From: Trichoplax sp. H2
Lineage: Eukaryota
Direction: 5' to 3'
NCBI GenBank assembly: GCA_003344405.1
Contig: NOWV01000010.1
Span: 434,001-498,000, forward strand
Length of the DNA stretch: 64,000 nucleotides
The notes beneath the pieces were generated by a model, which had not been told where the DNA came from, did not search any database, and saw only the letters and a program-made list of their open reading frames with translations. Positions 10,901-25,500 of this stretch are shown piece by piece; the stretch's first letter is position 1, and each line of letters begins with the position of its first letter. The translations under genes and the position numbers were made by a program.

Positions 10901-13900
10901 ATGTTCAAGTTACTCGTAATCGCAGCTTTTGCTGCTGTCGCCTTGGCTAATCCAGAGCCTCGTGGTAAGTTTATTATAGCTATTGATATGATACTTTTTA
11001 TAACATTATCAGCCATCTATTTGGTGTTCATATCATCTAACAACCTAATCAATATTACTGTAAGATCCCTACTACAAACGTTTCCTTCATTTTACGTGAT
11101 GTTCCTTCTATTTATTGCCGAAAATTCATATAATACGATACATTTATATGATTGTCAATTTATCTAGTAGGCCTATCATGATAATAAGCAATCAAATATT
11201 ATACTTTTAATAACCTTGGAATAGATTACCCATCGGTCTCGAATTAGTTTTTTTACCTAATCTAAAGCGTAGCAATGCTTAATCTTTGATGTACGTTTCT
11301 ATCACAGCACCGTATCATTCTCGAGAGTTTAATTAGTCGGATTGAATTCTTTATACTATATTTGTATCTATCAATAGCAACTAACGTTTCATATTCAGCT
11401 CCTTTGGTACCCATATAACCTGAAGATTGATAATTTAAGATAGACATTTTCGGTTATCAAAGGCATTATGACATTATTCAATATTGCATCGATTACGCTA
11501 ATTCAGCATTGTTGTAGCCAAGTGCTTTTCAATATGAAAATGTCTATCACTCATTATTCAATATTGCATCGATTCCGCTAATTCTGTATTGTTCTAATTA
11601 AGTACTTTTCAATGTGAAAAAACTTTTTATCGTTCTAATGGAAGTTAACAAGACCACGAACTAAATATGTTAATACACGTTTAACCCGGAATGATATTTT
11701 TTATTTACTTATTATTAGCGGCAAGATCAATTAAGAAACGATAATTATTCATATTAAGTGAACAGATTTGTGCAGATGCAATTAACGAAGTTTTTTATTT
11801 ACTTAACTGAGATAAAATTAATTTAATTAAACAACTATTATTCTAACGTAACAAAGCGAGAAGAATATTTATCTCCTAGTGGATGATAGAGGCTTCAATA
11901 ATAATTCATAATGTAGTTGGACGATAAACAAATCTAAGCCAACAATATACTAGATAATATTTAAATAGGATTATAGGTGCGGTTGATCAATAACGGAATT
12001 ATTGGTTTACGAATTATCTATTTTCGAAATTTTATAGCATCAGAACTAATTTCAATTACCGTAATCACTTTAGTTATCATTAAACTTGTTACACCATATC
12101 TAAAATTCATAATATTCATGACAAGCATAGCGATCTATAAAGTAATCATGACATCAAAATATACGTACATAGATTTATAGCTGCAAAAGAATATAATGTA
12201 AAATACTTGTGCGGCTATGCATATACTTAATCGGCCATTTTCAATACTTATGTGTATCATCATGCAATTGAAGGAACGATGTGCGATCCCGACCCCAAAT
12301 TGGGATGCTTCTCTAACACTGGATCATGGAGTCATCTCCCAACCCCTAAATCATCTTCTGTTGTTAATACCAAATTCTACCTATATACCCGTGGATACAG
12401 TTCCTCCCAAACCCTTGACTACAATAACCCATCTTCTATCTCTAATTCTCGTTTCAATGGTAACATTGATACCAAAATCATCATCCACGGATTCAGCGCC
12501 GATTCTGGCTCAGCTTGGATGCATAATATGAAGAACGAATTCTTGAAAAAGGGCTACTTTAACGTTATCCTTGTTGACTGGAGTGGTGGTTCCAAGACTC
12601 TCAACTATGATCAGGCTAGTGCTAACACTCGAGTCGCTGGTGCCATGGTTGGAGAATTAACTAAGGCTTTGCCAACTAGCAAGAGCAGAATTCACCTTAT
12701 CGGTCACAGTTTGGGTGCTCACACTTCCAGCTTTGCAAGTAAGTTTATTGTAGCTGTTATAATCAACATCATATCAATCTATAGCAAGGTTATATTGTAG
12801 CTTGATTAGAGTTGTAGCGTGTTAAGATTTTCTTATGATGCTAAATTTCTCATTAATATTGAAATGGCAGTCTTTTGTATTTCATGGATAAATATAGTTT
12901 TTTGTGTTAGCTGTTTATAGCACTTATAGTTTCTTAGACTGTTAAAAATCATTAACTCCTCCTCGACTATTATGATAGATGATGGTGATATATTTAGTTT
13001 CACTGTCTTACTTTCATATATGATCTATTCCGAAGGTGTAACTATCAGACAAAGTTTAATTTATATCTCAATGATTTGAGTTTTTGTAGTTGCTAAGGAG
13101 CGATCACGTAGATCAGATTTAGAGTCTAGTGCTATCTACGAAGTAAAATTACTTCATGCTGACCGGTAGTACTTATTTCAGCCTTAGATGATTTACAATA
13201 CGGCGTGTAATAACGGATTTGTTTTCTCCCTAAAGTATTGTGTATTAGTCTTTGATTGCTGCTTAATCTACTTCTACCAATTTATCAAGTACCTCATGCC
13301 AAATATCCGATAGTATTTAAATTTTATGAGATTTAACAATTTCTCTATCACGATAGATGAAGATTGTAATAATTATGTTCTATGCACATTTCTATGATCT
13401 ATTTAAAGTTAATCAGCTTTATATTAATAATATATTGCAATTCTCGTAAATAGGTAACAGACTTAACAGAGCCGGACGTATCAGCGGTCTTGACCCTGCC
13501 GATCCTAACTTCCAAGGCAGATCTACTTCTATCAAATTGGACAAAAATGATGCTGACTTTGTCGATGTTATCCATAGTGATGCCGATACCTTCTTGTTAG
13601 GTGCTGGCTATGGTACCAAAGATGCTTCTGGCCATCTTGATTTCTGGCCTAATGGTGGTGAAGATCAACCCCAATGCGGTTTATTCAAGGATGTCCAAAG
13701 GGACATGAACGGCATGAGCCAAAGAGGAGGCATTGGCTGCGATCACGGTGCTGCACACACTTACTACGTAGAATCTATCAACTCTGCTTGCAATTTCGTC
13801 GCTAGGCCTTGCTCTAGCTACAGCAATTACAAATCTGGCAGTTGTAGTAGTTGCAACGGCTATCCATGTCCAATCATGGGTTACAGAGCTGTAGAATTCA

Positions 13901-14824
13901 AGAACTACTACTACAATAACCAAAGACTTTTCTTGACTACCAACAAGAACGCACCACACTGTTGTAGGTTTTAGCAATACGTAATTAAATAATGCCCAGT
14001 TAATAACGACCGTTATTATTGCTAACTAAACTTATTAATATTAGCTTTATTTATCTTCTGTTGCCAATGTAAAATACTAGATCAAGTACAGTAAGAATTT
14101 CATACTTTCCTTAGAATTGATAATTTTAGTTTACTACCTTCATTAGTACATCACTGATCGTAGTCAATTAAATTTTACGGTGCCTTATATTATCCAACTA
14201 CGAACTAATCTAATCTAATCTGAAGGCCTTGAAGAAATTCAATATTAAAATGAGCAATGTTATATTGCCATCAAAATTGCTTTCATAATTAGTTTAATGA
14301 TTGTCAAGATTTATTTGTAACTTCAGCCCTACCATACGGTAGTTAAATTTTTTACACAGCTGAAATTTCTTCTTATTTGTATTACTATTTCCTATTTTAA
14401 GTTATCATGCAATAATACACATGACTAAGTGCAAATATCAATCTTTTAATATTATAATGCTCCACAATTTATATATATATATTACAGATGTAAAAATTAT
14501 GTTGATACTCTTTGGTTTTAATATTATCATAACATTTTCATTACAGCTGGCGCTAAATCCGCTAGGTCCTTTGTACATCAACTTGGTGGCCCAGAATTAG
14601 CTGCAGAAGATGCCAACTTAAAGTACGTAATAAACTAATTAAATTTATGCCTTGAAATTCGTAAAATTGGATACAATTTCTTTTATCACATCAGTATTGA
14701 ATAATCCAATTACGCGCAAACTGTGAATGCAGGGCTAACGATAGTTTATCCTAGATATGTTTGATTATAAAATACCATATTAACAGATTATACATTTAAA
14801 TATTTTTATAGACATATGGAATAA
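10901..14824 (+). CDS. Secreted pancreatic-lipase-family protein, paralog 2 (long lid and full-length beta9 loop; no PLAT domain)
   Basis: Exons 10901-10964 (signal peptide MFKLLVIAAFAAVALA), 12274-12738 (IIIHGF, GHSLG), 13454-13963 (ISGLDPA, VDVIHSD, GHLDFWPNGG, CDH), 14547-14622, and probably 14812-14824 (HME stop). If the donor at 14623 is not used, the stop is at 14636-14638. Intron positions and phases match paralog 1. Confidence 0.92.
11472..11620. repeat. Two-copy tandem repeat with period of about 80 bp in lipase 2 intron 1
   Basis: CATTATTCAATATTGCATCGATT(A/C)CGCTAATTC...CTTTTCAAT(A/G)TGAAAA at 11472-11540 and 11552-11620. Confidence 0.8.
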
Positions 14825-17129
14825 ATGAATCAAGAGAATTGTTATATCTTCATTAGAACGTTTTAAGTAAGTTTAGCTGCTAATAAAAGCTATACTACTC
14901 CGAGCAATAATCCTAAGATACTTCAATCTGTTCCATTTTCCTTATCTTTATTATGTTTTAACTCTATTGGACAAACTATTCGATATTCCTATAATAATGG
15001 CATTAATGTTTTTATTTATTTTATTAGATACCTTCCGCTGTTAAGATACCTTGAATTTGCTATCATAATACCGAATATTATGAATAGTAGATGATACTGA
15101 AATCTAAAGCAGCATACAAAAAAGAGTAGAATTAATGAATACATGGTAGAAAATTTGTGTAGAGTAGTATTAATGTGCTTCTATAAATGAGAAGAGCATT
15201 TTATTACTTTAGGATGAGTCGTAAAACCAGCGGCTGATCGTTTCATTATCATTGTGATGTTATTTGCACTGTAATGTTCTGATGTAGCTGAAATTAAAAT
15301 GAACTTTTGCAATGAATAATCCAATTGTCTCTAACTTTTGTTACTTAGTAAGATTGATCTTGTCAGTAATCTTAGGATGATCCAAGAAATATGCCACTCA
15401 TTTCGAGAGCAGCCTCTCTTTTGAATATTTTTAAATTTTTCTTGGGTGTTACAATAGTGTACTGTATGATCAATCACATAAAGAGGATTTAAGGTGCTTT
15501 AGATCGTCAATGCTAGTAGATTAGGCAAATTCATCGACGGAAAAGATTGCAAAATAATTTTATGTCAATAGGATTTTAAGATTTTAGACCCCATATAACT
15601 ATATACATCCAGTCTGATATTCGTATTACAATAAATTATTGATAGAATTATTGAAAAAGAATTACTTTATCAGGAATTTTAAAATTCATAGCAGCTAATT
15701 ATCGTCAATTTAAGTTTTGCAATGCTATTTTAAAAGGATTTAAATAGATTACTCTCATGTACCATTAAATGACAACTGTAACTGTCAACTGATCATCAAA
15801 TCACTCATTCTGGGTAGCTTAAAATAGAATAAAAAAATTCCTTAAGTAATTACGGTACTTAGAAATTTGAATCCCGTCTATTAATAAAAAATAGACTATA
15901 GCAAGGTTCAAATATCGTATTTATCCCGTAAACCTATCATTACTAAAAATAGAAGGTGAGACTGAGTATAATACCTCAAATGACATCTTAAATGGTAGTC
16001 TGAAATCGCATTTCTTAAACCTAGTTCGACACTTTGCTCTTAAAAATATAACCGATGACAATAGCATGCATTGGATATTAATTATTTACACCTCTAAATA
16101 AAGTGATATTGTCACACTGACAATGATATCTTTAAGATCAGTACATCTGGAGCGTTGATAAATTTATCTATAATATCAGAGTTGCATGAAAAATCTGATT
16201 TATTTAAAAACGATGCATCAATGTAGCAACATACTCCTATTAATTACATTAATCGCGTACGTAATGCTGCCTTATAATTAGTGATACATTAATTAATTGA
16301 AGAATTGTGAAAAAGAAAGTTAGTGTAATTGAAATAGACATCAATCAGACAATAAAGAATGATACGGCATCAATTTCGAAAGTACTTGTAGTGGAGCCAC
16401 AAATATGGCTTAGATTAGGATCCAAGATTGCACAAGAATAGTTTAAATATAGTCTGATTGTAGTTAGATAGTCCTTGGTAGTTGTAAGATGAACCTATCC
16501 GTATGTAATAAAGCGAAGTCTATAAGAAACTGCAGTTCTTGTTGTATTTTTGAGAAGCCACTTTATCACAGTATTAAAGCCGATATATCTTTGGAAAGTG
16601 ATTTCTTAACTCAAATGATATACTATTCTTTAGCTACTAGAACTAAGGCGCTATCGCACAACTTCAGACATATATTATCTTAATACTATTCCGAATTTTA
16701 CTACTTATTTGATGGTATCTTTAAGAATCCAGGATAAGAATCAACATTCAATTTATATAGGAATATAGTGATTACAATCCGTTTAATATGGACCATTTGA
16801 AGAGTACAAGGATAAATACAATATAATATTTCAACTTCCTTTCTTGAAACTTAAGATTTCAGCCACCATACGTATTATACTTTATATCAGAAATAAGGAT
16901 TAATTACTAACAGTACTACAAGTGATCGATCAAATTTTCTATTTTTATAAGGCTAAATGATAGCCATGGATAATTCAGGTCATTTTGATTCAGTATCGAA
17001 ATAAGATCAATGTACATAAGAGACTAAATTATCACTGGTCTACTGTACGTACTCTTTCAGCTTATAAGACTAGAAGATGGCTATTGATAAATTTATAACA
17101 ATAAATGAAATAATAGATTGATTGGTCTC

Positions 17130-17508
17130 TGTCACAATTTCACTTCTATAACAAGGTAACGTACAGTAAAAGTCTATAAGCAGCTACTGACTTAAACGCC
17201 CTTTTACTTAACGTTAAACACACACAGCAAAAGACTGTAAAGATGAAACTGTTATTAGCAAAGATACACCTACAACTTTTTACCACACTCTCAACTCAAA
17301 TGTTCCCGTTATATAGGAACCGTCTAATTTGTAAACAACGACAGTATTATTATTATACCTTACTAGGATTAACATCTCGAACTGAGATGTTCCTTACATA
17401 GCTTTTCTATTAGTAAATATTTTGAATCTCTTACTCGTACTTAATCTTAATCTAAGCTCGTAGGTTGTCTAATTCAACTATCATCAACTAGAACTTGAAT
17501 CATCTTAC
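17130..17508 (-). mobile_element. Truncated second copy of the same LTR, inverted orientation
   Basis: Reverse complement of about 8904-9284 with scattered substitutions. It begins exactly at the LTR terminus (TGTCACAATTTC at 17130) and lacks about 170 bp from the other end. Confidence 0.8.
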
Positions 17509-19574
17509 GTTATTCATTCTTCTAAACATTAAATAGCTAGTTATTAATTAACTTTAGACTGCAGTACCTCGTTGATATTATCATATTCGGCATCAATAAT
17601 GGTAGTAATGACATCTAGAGAATTTCGATTGTAATCATACCGATATTAGAGTTTATGTAATTTTTATTAAATACGTTTCATAACTTTTATTTATAACACT
17701 TAACTATTTCTTGTTGCATGTTTATAATCAATACAATTCTTTATTTACCTAAAGGCATCTTGAATAATTCCATAACCCATGCATCATAACAGAAGACCTT
17801 TAGCGGTTATAATTTGAAATAACTAACATTAATTTGCTTAATATCGTTTGTGTACCTTCTTGAACTGTACTTTCTACAATTGATTATAGTTATAACTTAG
17901 AATACTAATCTCTGAATCTTTACAATGATAAAAATTTGCTCTTATATAATTTTATGTGTTTCAATCGATACTATCGAGGATTCTATAATTTATAATTAAT
18001 CGTCTATTAGTAACAATATTTCGAAACAATTCATCGACAGATATACATTAATGTTATGTTAGTATATCAGAGATAATTAATGGATAGCAATGTAAAATAT
18101 TAGCTCAAAGTATATCATGATAAATGTACTTCTTGAATGAAAAAGAAGAATATTCATCATTGACTTAGTTATAATTGATGAATCATGCTTTAATAGTTTA
18201 ATCGTTTTGATATATTATAATTTGTAACTTTCTCAATTTTAATCTATAAATTGCATGAACTAAATAAGCTTTGTTGGATTCAATTATTTAAAGTCTTAAT
18301 TACAAGCCATATTATTAGATTTAAAAGATAGCATTTAGACTGAGCTATTTGCTACGCATACAAAAGGACTGTTGCAGTTATGTTCATGTCGAAATATTTA
18401 ACCTGGTAGACTCTCAGCTCTCAGTAAAGATTATAAAACTGATAATATCATCGCGACTACGATGAATATCGTCGATCACTATTTATTAACTTAGTTTGCT
18501 CTCTGTTATCTGAGGATTACGAGAGAAATATCGTAGCTATGATTACGACAACTTTATCAATTTCGACTTATTCAGAATAATTAGTTCTTTAGGATCTATA
18601 AGGACTATATTACTAGTAGCAATAGCACAGTAATGATTATGATGAAAACTTTAGAATGATATTAGCTTACTCCTATAATTTATGAATTATCTGTTATTAG
18701 CAAGAATTATAAGCGGTTGCATTGCTGTTGTGATTATGATGAGTCTATCGTCAAGTTATGAAGCTTGTGTCAGTCAGCTCTACAGTATATGGTATCTAAA
18801 AATTGAAATCTCCATATGGCCCCCCCCCCCAAAAAAATTTACATTTGACCGAATGATTGGAAGTATTTGTAGTATACAGTAGCAACAAGATAAAAAATTT
18901 ATTGTAGCTTTTATATTACATATTTATTAGAACAGATGCTAATGCTAAATGCAATATCTCATATGACGAAATGATCCTAACAAGATATTTAGGGTATTTT
19001 TATTTATGTTTATGGTATTCTCTTGCTACAATCTCTATAATCAATATAGGAATAAACAAAGGCTACGAAATGAGCTTATCTCATAGTTAAATATAACAGA
19101 ATTAAAATAGCGGAATAAAAATAGTTGAGAAACTAGTTAGAACAGTAGTATTTATCTGTAATATACTTTTAATCTAAGAAATTACAACTCTTAAGCCATC
19201 TGAGAACACAATCATTCAGATATTGAAAGTTAGTGTCTTTATTCTAATTTGTTAGAAATTCTATTTACTAAAGCTACATCGGTCTGGTACTTAGCGGATT
19301 TATGTTTTCTGTACTCTTGAATATATCAGATCTACATATCAGACATTAAGTATAAAGTAATCATAAATAAGTTGGAATTTCTCATTTTTTCTTTAATTTT
19401 GTAGAGGTTGAAAGATAGCATTATCTGTTATTATAGTAAAATCATCTATGTATTAATCTAATTACTAAAAATAACTAATAACGTACCGAACTTTATTTAA
19501 ATAGCTATTGTCATAATACTTATTTCTTAATAATAGCTTATGGTCTATTAAAGTAAAATTATCATAGATTGATT

Positions 19575-22500
19575 CTAGCATGGCAATTTTGCTGCGCACA
19601 GGAATTTCAGTTCGATAACGTTTGCTAATGTACTAATTTTCTTAATGGTAGCTCTCCTTTCCACTTTCTCTGTAGATAACAGAATGCTGATCTTCATTAA
19701 GCGTAGTCAATTCTTGATCTATGATTTATTTGTAAAGAAATCAAAATTATAGTACTTTGCAATCATGTCCAAATTACTTTCGTAACATTACAATATCTGT
19801 CAAGCACTGGTATGATAACCGACAAACTGATAAGCTATGACTCAGAAAAGACACGACTCACCATTTTGGCCATCTACTTTGTTAGATGGACAATACAGGA
19901 ATATGACGGTGAACGTATAGATATTCCATAAACCATAGATACCTGTGAGGAAGGCGCCTATGAGGAAATGATATATACGTAACGATATGTTAATAGCTTA
20001 ATACTCTATCTTTAAACTGTAATGGTATAAACTTATATTATATTGTAAAAAAGTAGAATATTAGAATTTAATTATCGATGTGAGCGGTAATAAATACATG
20101 ATAATTAATAGACTAACTACAGCATATTGATATGACTACGTTAAATTGTCCTATTCTATTGCTTGTCTGTATATTAATTCATGTGTAGTACATAAATCGG
20201 TGACTATTGTTACTTATTAATTCTAAATGACTAAAATTTGTCGTACTAAGCTAGGTTTTTAAAGAAGCGATACTAATTATTGAAGCTTTTTTGCGGGCTA
20301 ATAGATTAACATAAATGAAAACTGTAAGTACAAATTAAAATAATGGATCATTTGTAGTACTTGCAATCTGTAAATCAGACTGTTCGTCCTCATCCAAGGA
20401 CTCTTCCTTGAAATGGGATAGGCTATTAATGATGACAAATGCCACCGTTAAAACCGCACAAATTACAGAAAAGAGTAACTGAAAGCGGAAGCGATAAATG
20501 AGTCCCTATCAAAAAAAATTGTTCACAAATACTGAGAACACCACGATAAACACGCAACTGTGTGCTTGTAAGAATAATCAATTAATAAGTCGATAATTCA
20601 TTGTATTTTTTTATATTAGTATAATGAAATACGTATATTTAAACTAGCTTTTCAGCTAGTAGTATAATACTATGCTGGTGTAACATATGAGAATATTAAT
20701 ATTAAAAAAATAAGCAGATACTGTAAGTAAAAGTGTGAGATGCGTCTTCCATAAATTATATATTTACAAACAAATATAATCTGTACTAAGGCAAGTCGCA
20801 CTGCTACTCTTTAAATCATAATAAGATCAATATTTTCTACTACTCTTTTCTTAAATTTTAAAGCAAGCATCAAGTTTGCTACGGCATCCATAATTGTTTA
20901 CATAATACTATAACGCTGTAATAGATACTACAGTATCAATTAATCAGATGATCCTATCGGTGGTACATGATAATAATTTTAATAGAAGTTGAATCTAGTA
21001 TTCTATTCGTGTTCACGCTATGGTATAGTGCATCATTTTCTATTCCATTTACCTCATAGAACATTCTGCGGGATTGCTGCATATGTGGTAATGCACCTTG
21101 TCTCGTTTGCATTCCTCTTAAAACTCTAATGACCATAGCCACAATACTTACTAAGTACAGGCATATGCAGATCGCTGCAACAATTATAAACCCATACTGT
21201 AATAATTTTCGAATGAAAAGTCGAAGTCAAGTAAAATTAAAGTCATATACTGTATTGTCAAACTATGGCTAGAATCTTATCAATGAATTTTGAGCACAAT
21301 CATTTCTAAGCGTCAGAACTCTTGTAATGGATGTTGAGCATAGCATGAAGATTATTCGTGATATTATTTTACAATATTTATCTAACGAGACTATTACTAT
21401 ACCAAGATATTAATTACAAGCTTTCTGTGCAAGTAAATCTTATTATTTTCTATAAATGAGAACATCAAAATATATCAAAAGCATAACAGCTGGTTTATAG
21501 TCATTCTAGAAAATATAGTAACATAAAGTCATTTAAAGCTGGTATCCATTTTAGATACTTATGATATTGCAACTGGAAATATTTAAGGATACGGCTATAC
21601 GTCGGCCACCTTCTGTTGCCCATATGGAATAAAATGGATTGCTTAACTGTATGCCCCTATTGTGAAGCAATTAACATACGAGTATAAAATGAAATAAACT
21701 TTATGATTACACACATATAACAAGAATAATCAAATTAATTCCTAGCTTTATTTCTTAAATTGATCAATTCGGTAGCTTAAAAAAATAATCTTTTATGAAT
21801 TACCTTTCACATAAATCAAATATTAGCAAAGATAAGCAGGAAAGAATGATAATAATTATTTGCTTCCAATATGTTTTAAGATTGTTGCGCTTTCCCTGCT
21901 CCTATACGCATATATTGAAAGAAGAACGTCAATATTTAACGATACGATTATAACTAAGACTATTGCACTTATAACTATTACGAATATAGTACTGTTCGGG
22001 TGTTACCTCACTGTAGAGAAGTTAGCGATGTTTATTGGCGTAATCTAATTTAGATTACAAGATAGTTCATATTTCAGACGTAATGTACCGAATAAATGAT
22101 TATGACTAATAACAATTTAACAATAACAATAATTTACAGTAGATTGTGTATAATAATTTGGCTGATTCTACGAATGGGCATGTTGTAATCTAATAACTGC
22201 CTTGTGTTAGTCATCAGATATCTATGTCATTGAAAATTGTCGCATTAATTAGGCGTTTTGATATAGCCTACTATCGTACCAGATTTATAGGTGCTAATTT
22301 AATGAACTTTGGGTGATACTGCTAAATTTACATTATTTAGCTGCCTATAAACCGCAATATCTCTGTCAGTAAAGTGATGGGATGTTACACTGGCGATAAT
22401 AATTATAGCTTCCAACTACTGCAGGAAGGCATACAAGCCTGGTATTTTGCATAATAAAGTATATTATTAAGTTTGTTGCTTAACGTGAAATCAGAGAAGT

Positions 22501-25500
22501 ACAAATCACTGAGAATGTGTAAAATTAGGGTAAGTGTGAGAAAGGTATACAGGTTTGGCATTTTATATAATAAGGTTAGTTCTTAAGTTTAGAGCTTAGT
22601 GTAAATTTAAAGAGGCACAAATCACTGATGATTTGTAAAATTAGAGATAGGTGTTCCTAAATGTTTCTTATACAGATCTAGTGCCCTAATACGTTATTCG
22701 AGGAGAAGATTTGTAGATTTAGCTTTTGTTATCTTGTAACAAAGCTGATTTATGGATACATTTTACTCCAAATTCAACATGACTTAAGGCGAGAGAATGT
22801 CGTATTTAGATTTACGAATGCTTAAATGTCTATTATAATTATTGATATAATTCACACGGTGTTAGAAAAGTAAGCTATTAATAATTAATAATGCAATAGT
22901 AATGTGGCAACAAAATCTTTACCAAAGAATGCTCTCCAACGAAAATAGCCCAAAATATAAATAAGGCCATATTAAAAATTCCCGTACGAATATCATTCAG
23001 TAGCAACAGTTGAGGCATATTAAACCAAAGCGTTAGCCATTCCACCGGTACTGTAAAGAATATTTAGTATAATCTAATTAATATTGTCAATAATTTAGCT
23101 CGCATTTCAGAAACAATAATAGCACAATAACTTATTTTAAGGGACGGTACTGACCGATACCTGCTTGTAATGACAATTTTAAAAAATTTACGAAGATACC
23201 TACCCTAACAAACATCGGTTTACTTAATTTTAAGGTATTATGATGAAAATCAATTCACGTATAGTACCATATACGAGTATACGGCCATAAGCTCGGTCAT
23301 GTAAGTTTTACTAAAATTTCAACAACTGCATAGATTCTCCAATTTTTAGATACTACTGGACAAGCTGTAAATGCAATCTATGCAAATGCTCCACTTAATC
23401 TAATTAGTATTAGTTAGGATTTGAAGATATTTTTTCGAAATTAAGACTTCAGATCGCCTGATATTTAGCGTTAAAACATCAAATTTGAATATGTAATTAT
23501 TAAACTATATTAAACTATAGGGCTTAAGAGTAGGTTAAGAATGATTCTTTTTGAAGCATTTCCTATAAGAATTGCGTTGTGTGAATAAAACTAGTCATTT
23601 AGATCTAGTCAGATGGAGCAAAGATTTTGTAAAGTGCTCTAGGAATTTAAGCGGCTATCGAAATATTAGTAAATGTTATATGCCTTATAGTAATTATATA
23701 TGTAAATAATAAGGTATACACTCACATAATTACGTATGCTTAATCTAAAGATTTTATATTAATTTACAATTCTTTTAGAGAAACTAAATTTCCAAACACT
23801 TACAATCAACTATAATAGCGGATATGCCAAGAGCGTAAAGCATTCTGTAAGAGAATGGATAGTATTAAAAGATTAGTAGAAAATAAACTTTGTGTTTAAA
23901 GTAGTTATTTAATTATAAAATGTTAGCTTAAAGATACTTAATTTTCTTAGACAAAACGCTCATAGGATACATATAATAAATTAAAATAAGGGGCATATGA
24001 TGTTAAAATAGTCCTATTAGATAACTAATGAGAAGTACTTATTTTAGAGCATTATTATTAATGAAACGTTGCATTGGCTATAGCCTTTTAAAATTTAAGA
24101 GATGCCATGCTTCTGCTATTTTAAGACAATTAATGAAGCAATAAAATTTTTAAACTTTACTTTTGCTATGGTTCGTAGAAATTAATTGATAAAAATATTC
24201 ACCTTGATATAAGGTTCACGAATAGATTGCACTAATTAGTAAAGAGCCCTATTGCAAGGTTTTAATATTAATTTTAATTTTATTTCTACGATAATTGATA
24301 GTTGATAATCGCGAAATATAGTACTAAAATATCTTTGTTATTCTGATAATGCATACGAAAAATATAGTAAATGCTGTGTAATGTAAAAGGATAATTAAAT
24401 TCTCTTAAAAATATATTTAATAGAAAACGGCAGTACTGCAAGCGAATTTGGTTTTACTGTTCGCTATTTAACCAAACATGAAATTGTTCATAGTGTCTTA
24501 CCTCTCAAATAGCTGCGGTTGCCGATTTTTATAAATGCTAATTCTAAATTTGATGACAATGGGGATGATAAATAGTGTAGCAACAGATTTGATGATTAAC
24601 CAAATTTCCGTGAAAGCTCCTTGTTGCAGTATTCCCTGTGTAAAGCTGTATATATTAGCGATATCTATTCTGTACTGTGTTATGCAAAAGTGAATTGGCA
24701 GTTATTAATAACTTTTTATTTCTTCCTTTTACAAAACATGCGCCCCTGATACATACAACAAATGTTATCTCTGATATTGGGCCAATCTTGGAATTCATGC
24801 CATGGTGAGTTGGTAGCTTTATATTTATTAAATAATATTGATAATGACAACTTCCAATTTCAAATAAAGTGATGTAATCGCAAATATAATTCGAAACGTC
24901 AGCCTAAAAAATTCACAGAAATGTATTGATTAAAACTTGTAATTCTAAGTACAATATTTTTAATAACAATCCTTTATAGAGTTCTTTATAAATTTGACTT
25001 TCACTCGATAGTAAAGCATTTGAAACACTACTTTTATCAAATAGGTTATAAAGTGTAGATAGTGTTTTGTAGGGTACGGCAACATATCTTCGGAATCAAT
25101 TATGGCTACAAAGTAGTAAGAATATTTCTTTAGAATGAGTGACTCATTAATTAATGTTGTATAACAAAGTATATTTACTATATGGGAATATTAACAATTC
25201 TTCGGTATTTCATTAGAGTATTATAAAAGCGAAAAAGTAAATTGCATACTGCAATACAATCAGATAAAAGTCAAACCAGCAATTCTATTAAACCAGTAAA
25301 GTATGCGCGCACGTACGTATACAACTAACAGTAACTTTTAATATCAGATTAAACTAAGATTACTATCACCTAGTAACAATAATTAAAGGATTAAAAATAC
25401 ACTAAATACAATTAAGAATATTTGCTCATATTAAGATTTTGTAGCTGCATTTATGATGTATCCAATTTACAACGTAATTGATATAGATAACTTCTGAATG

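Noticed and set aside
8904..17508. Pack-MULE/foldback transposon carrying lipase 2, with the inverted repeats as TIRs
   Set aside because: The left copy is part of a complete element with its own 5-bp TSD, and no shared TSD flanks the 8.6-kb span.
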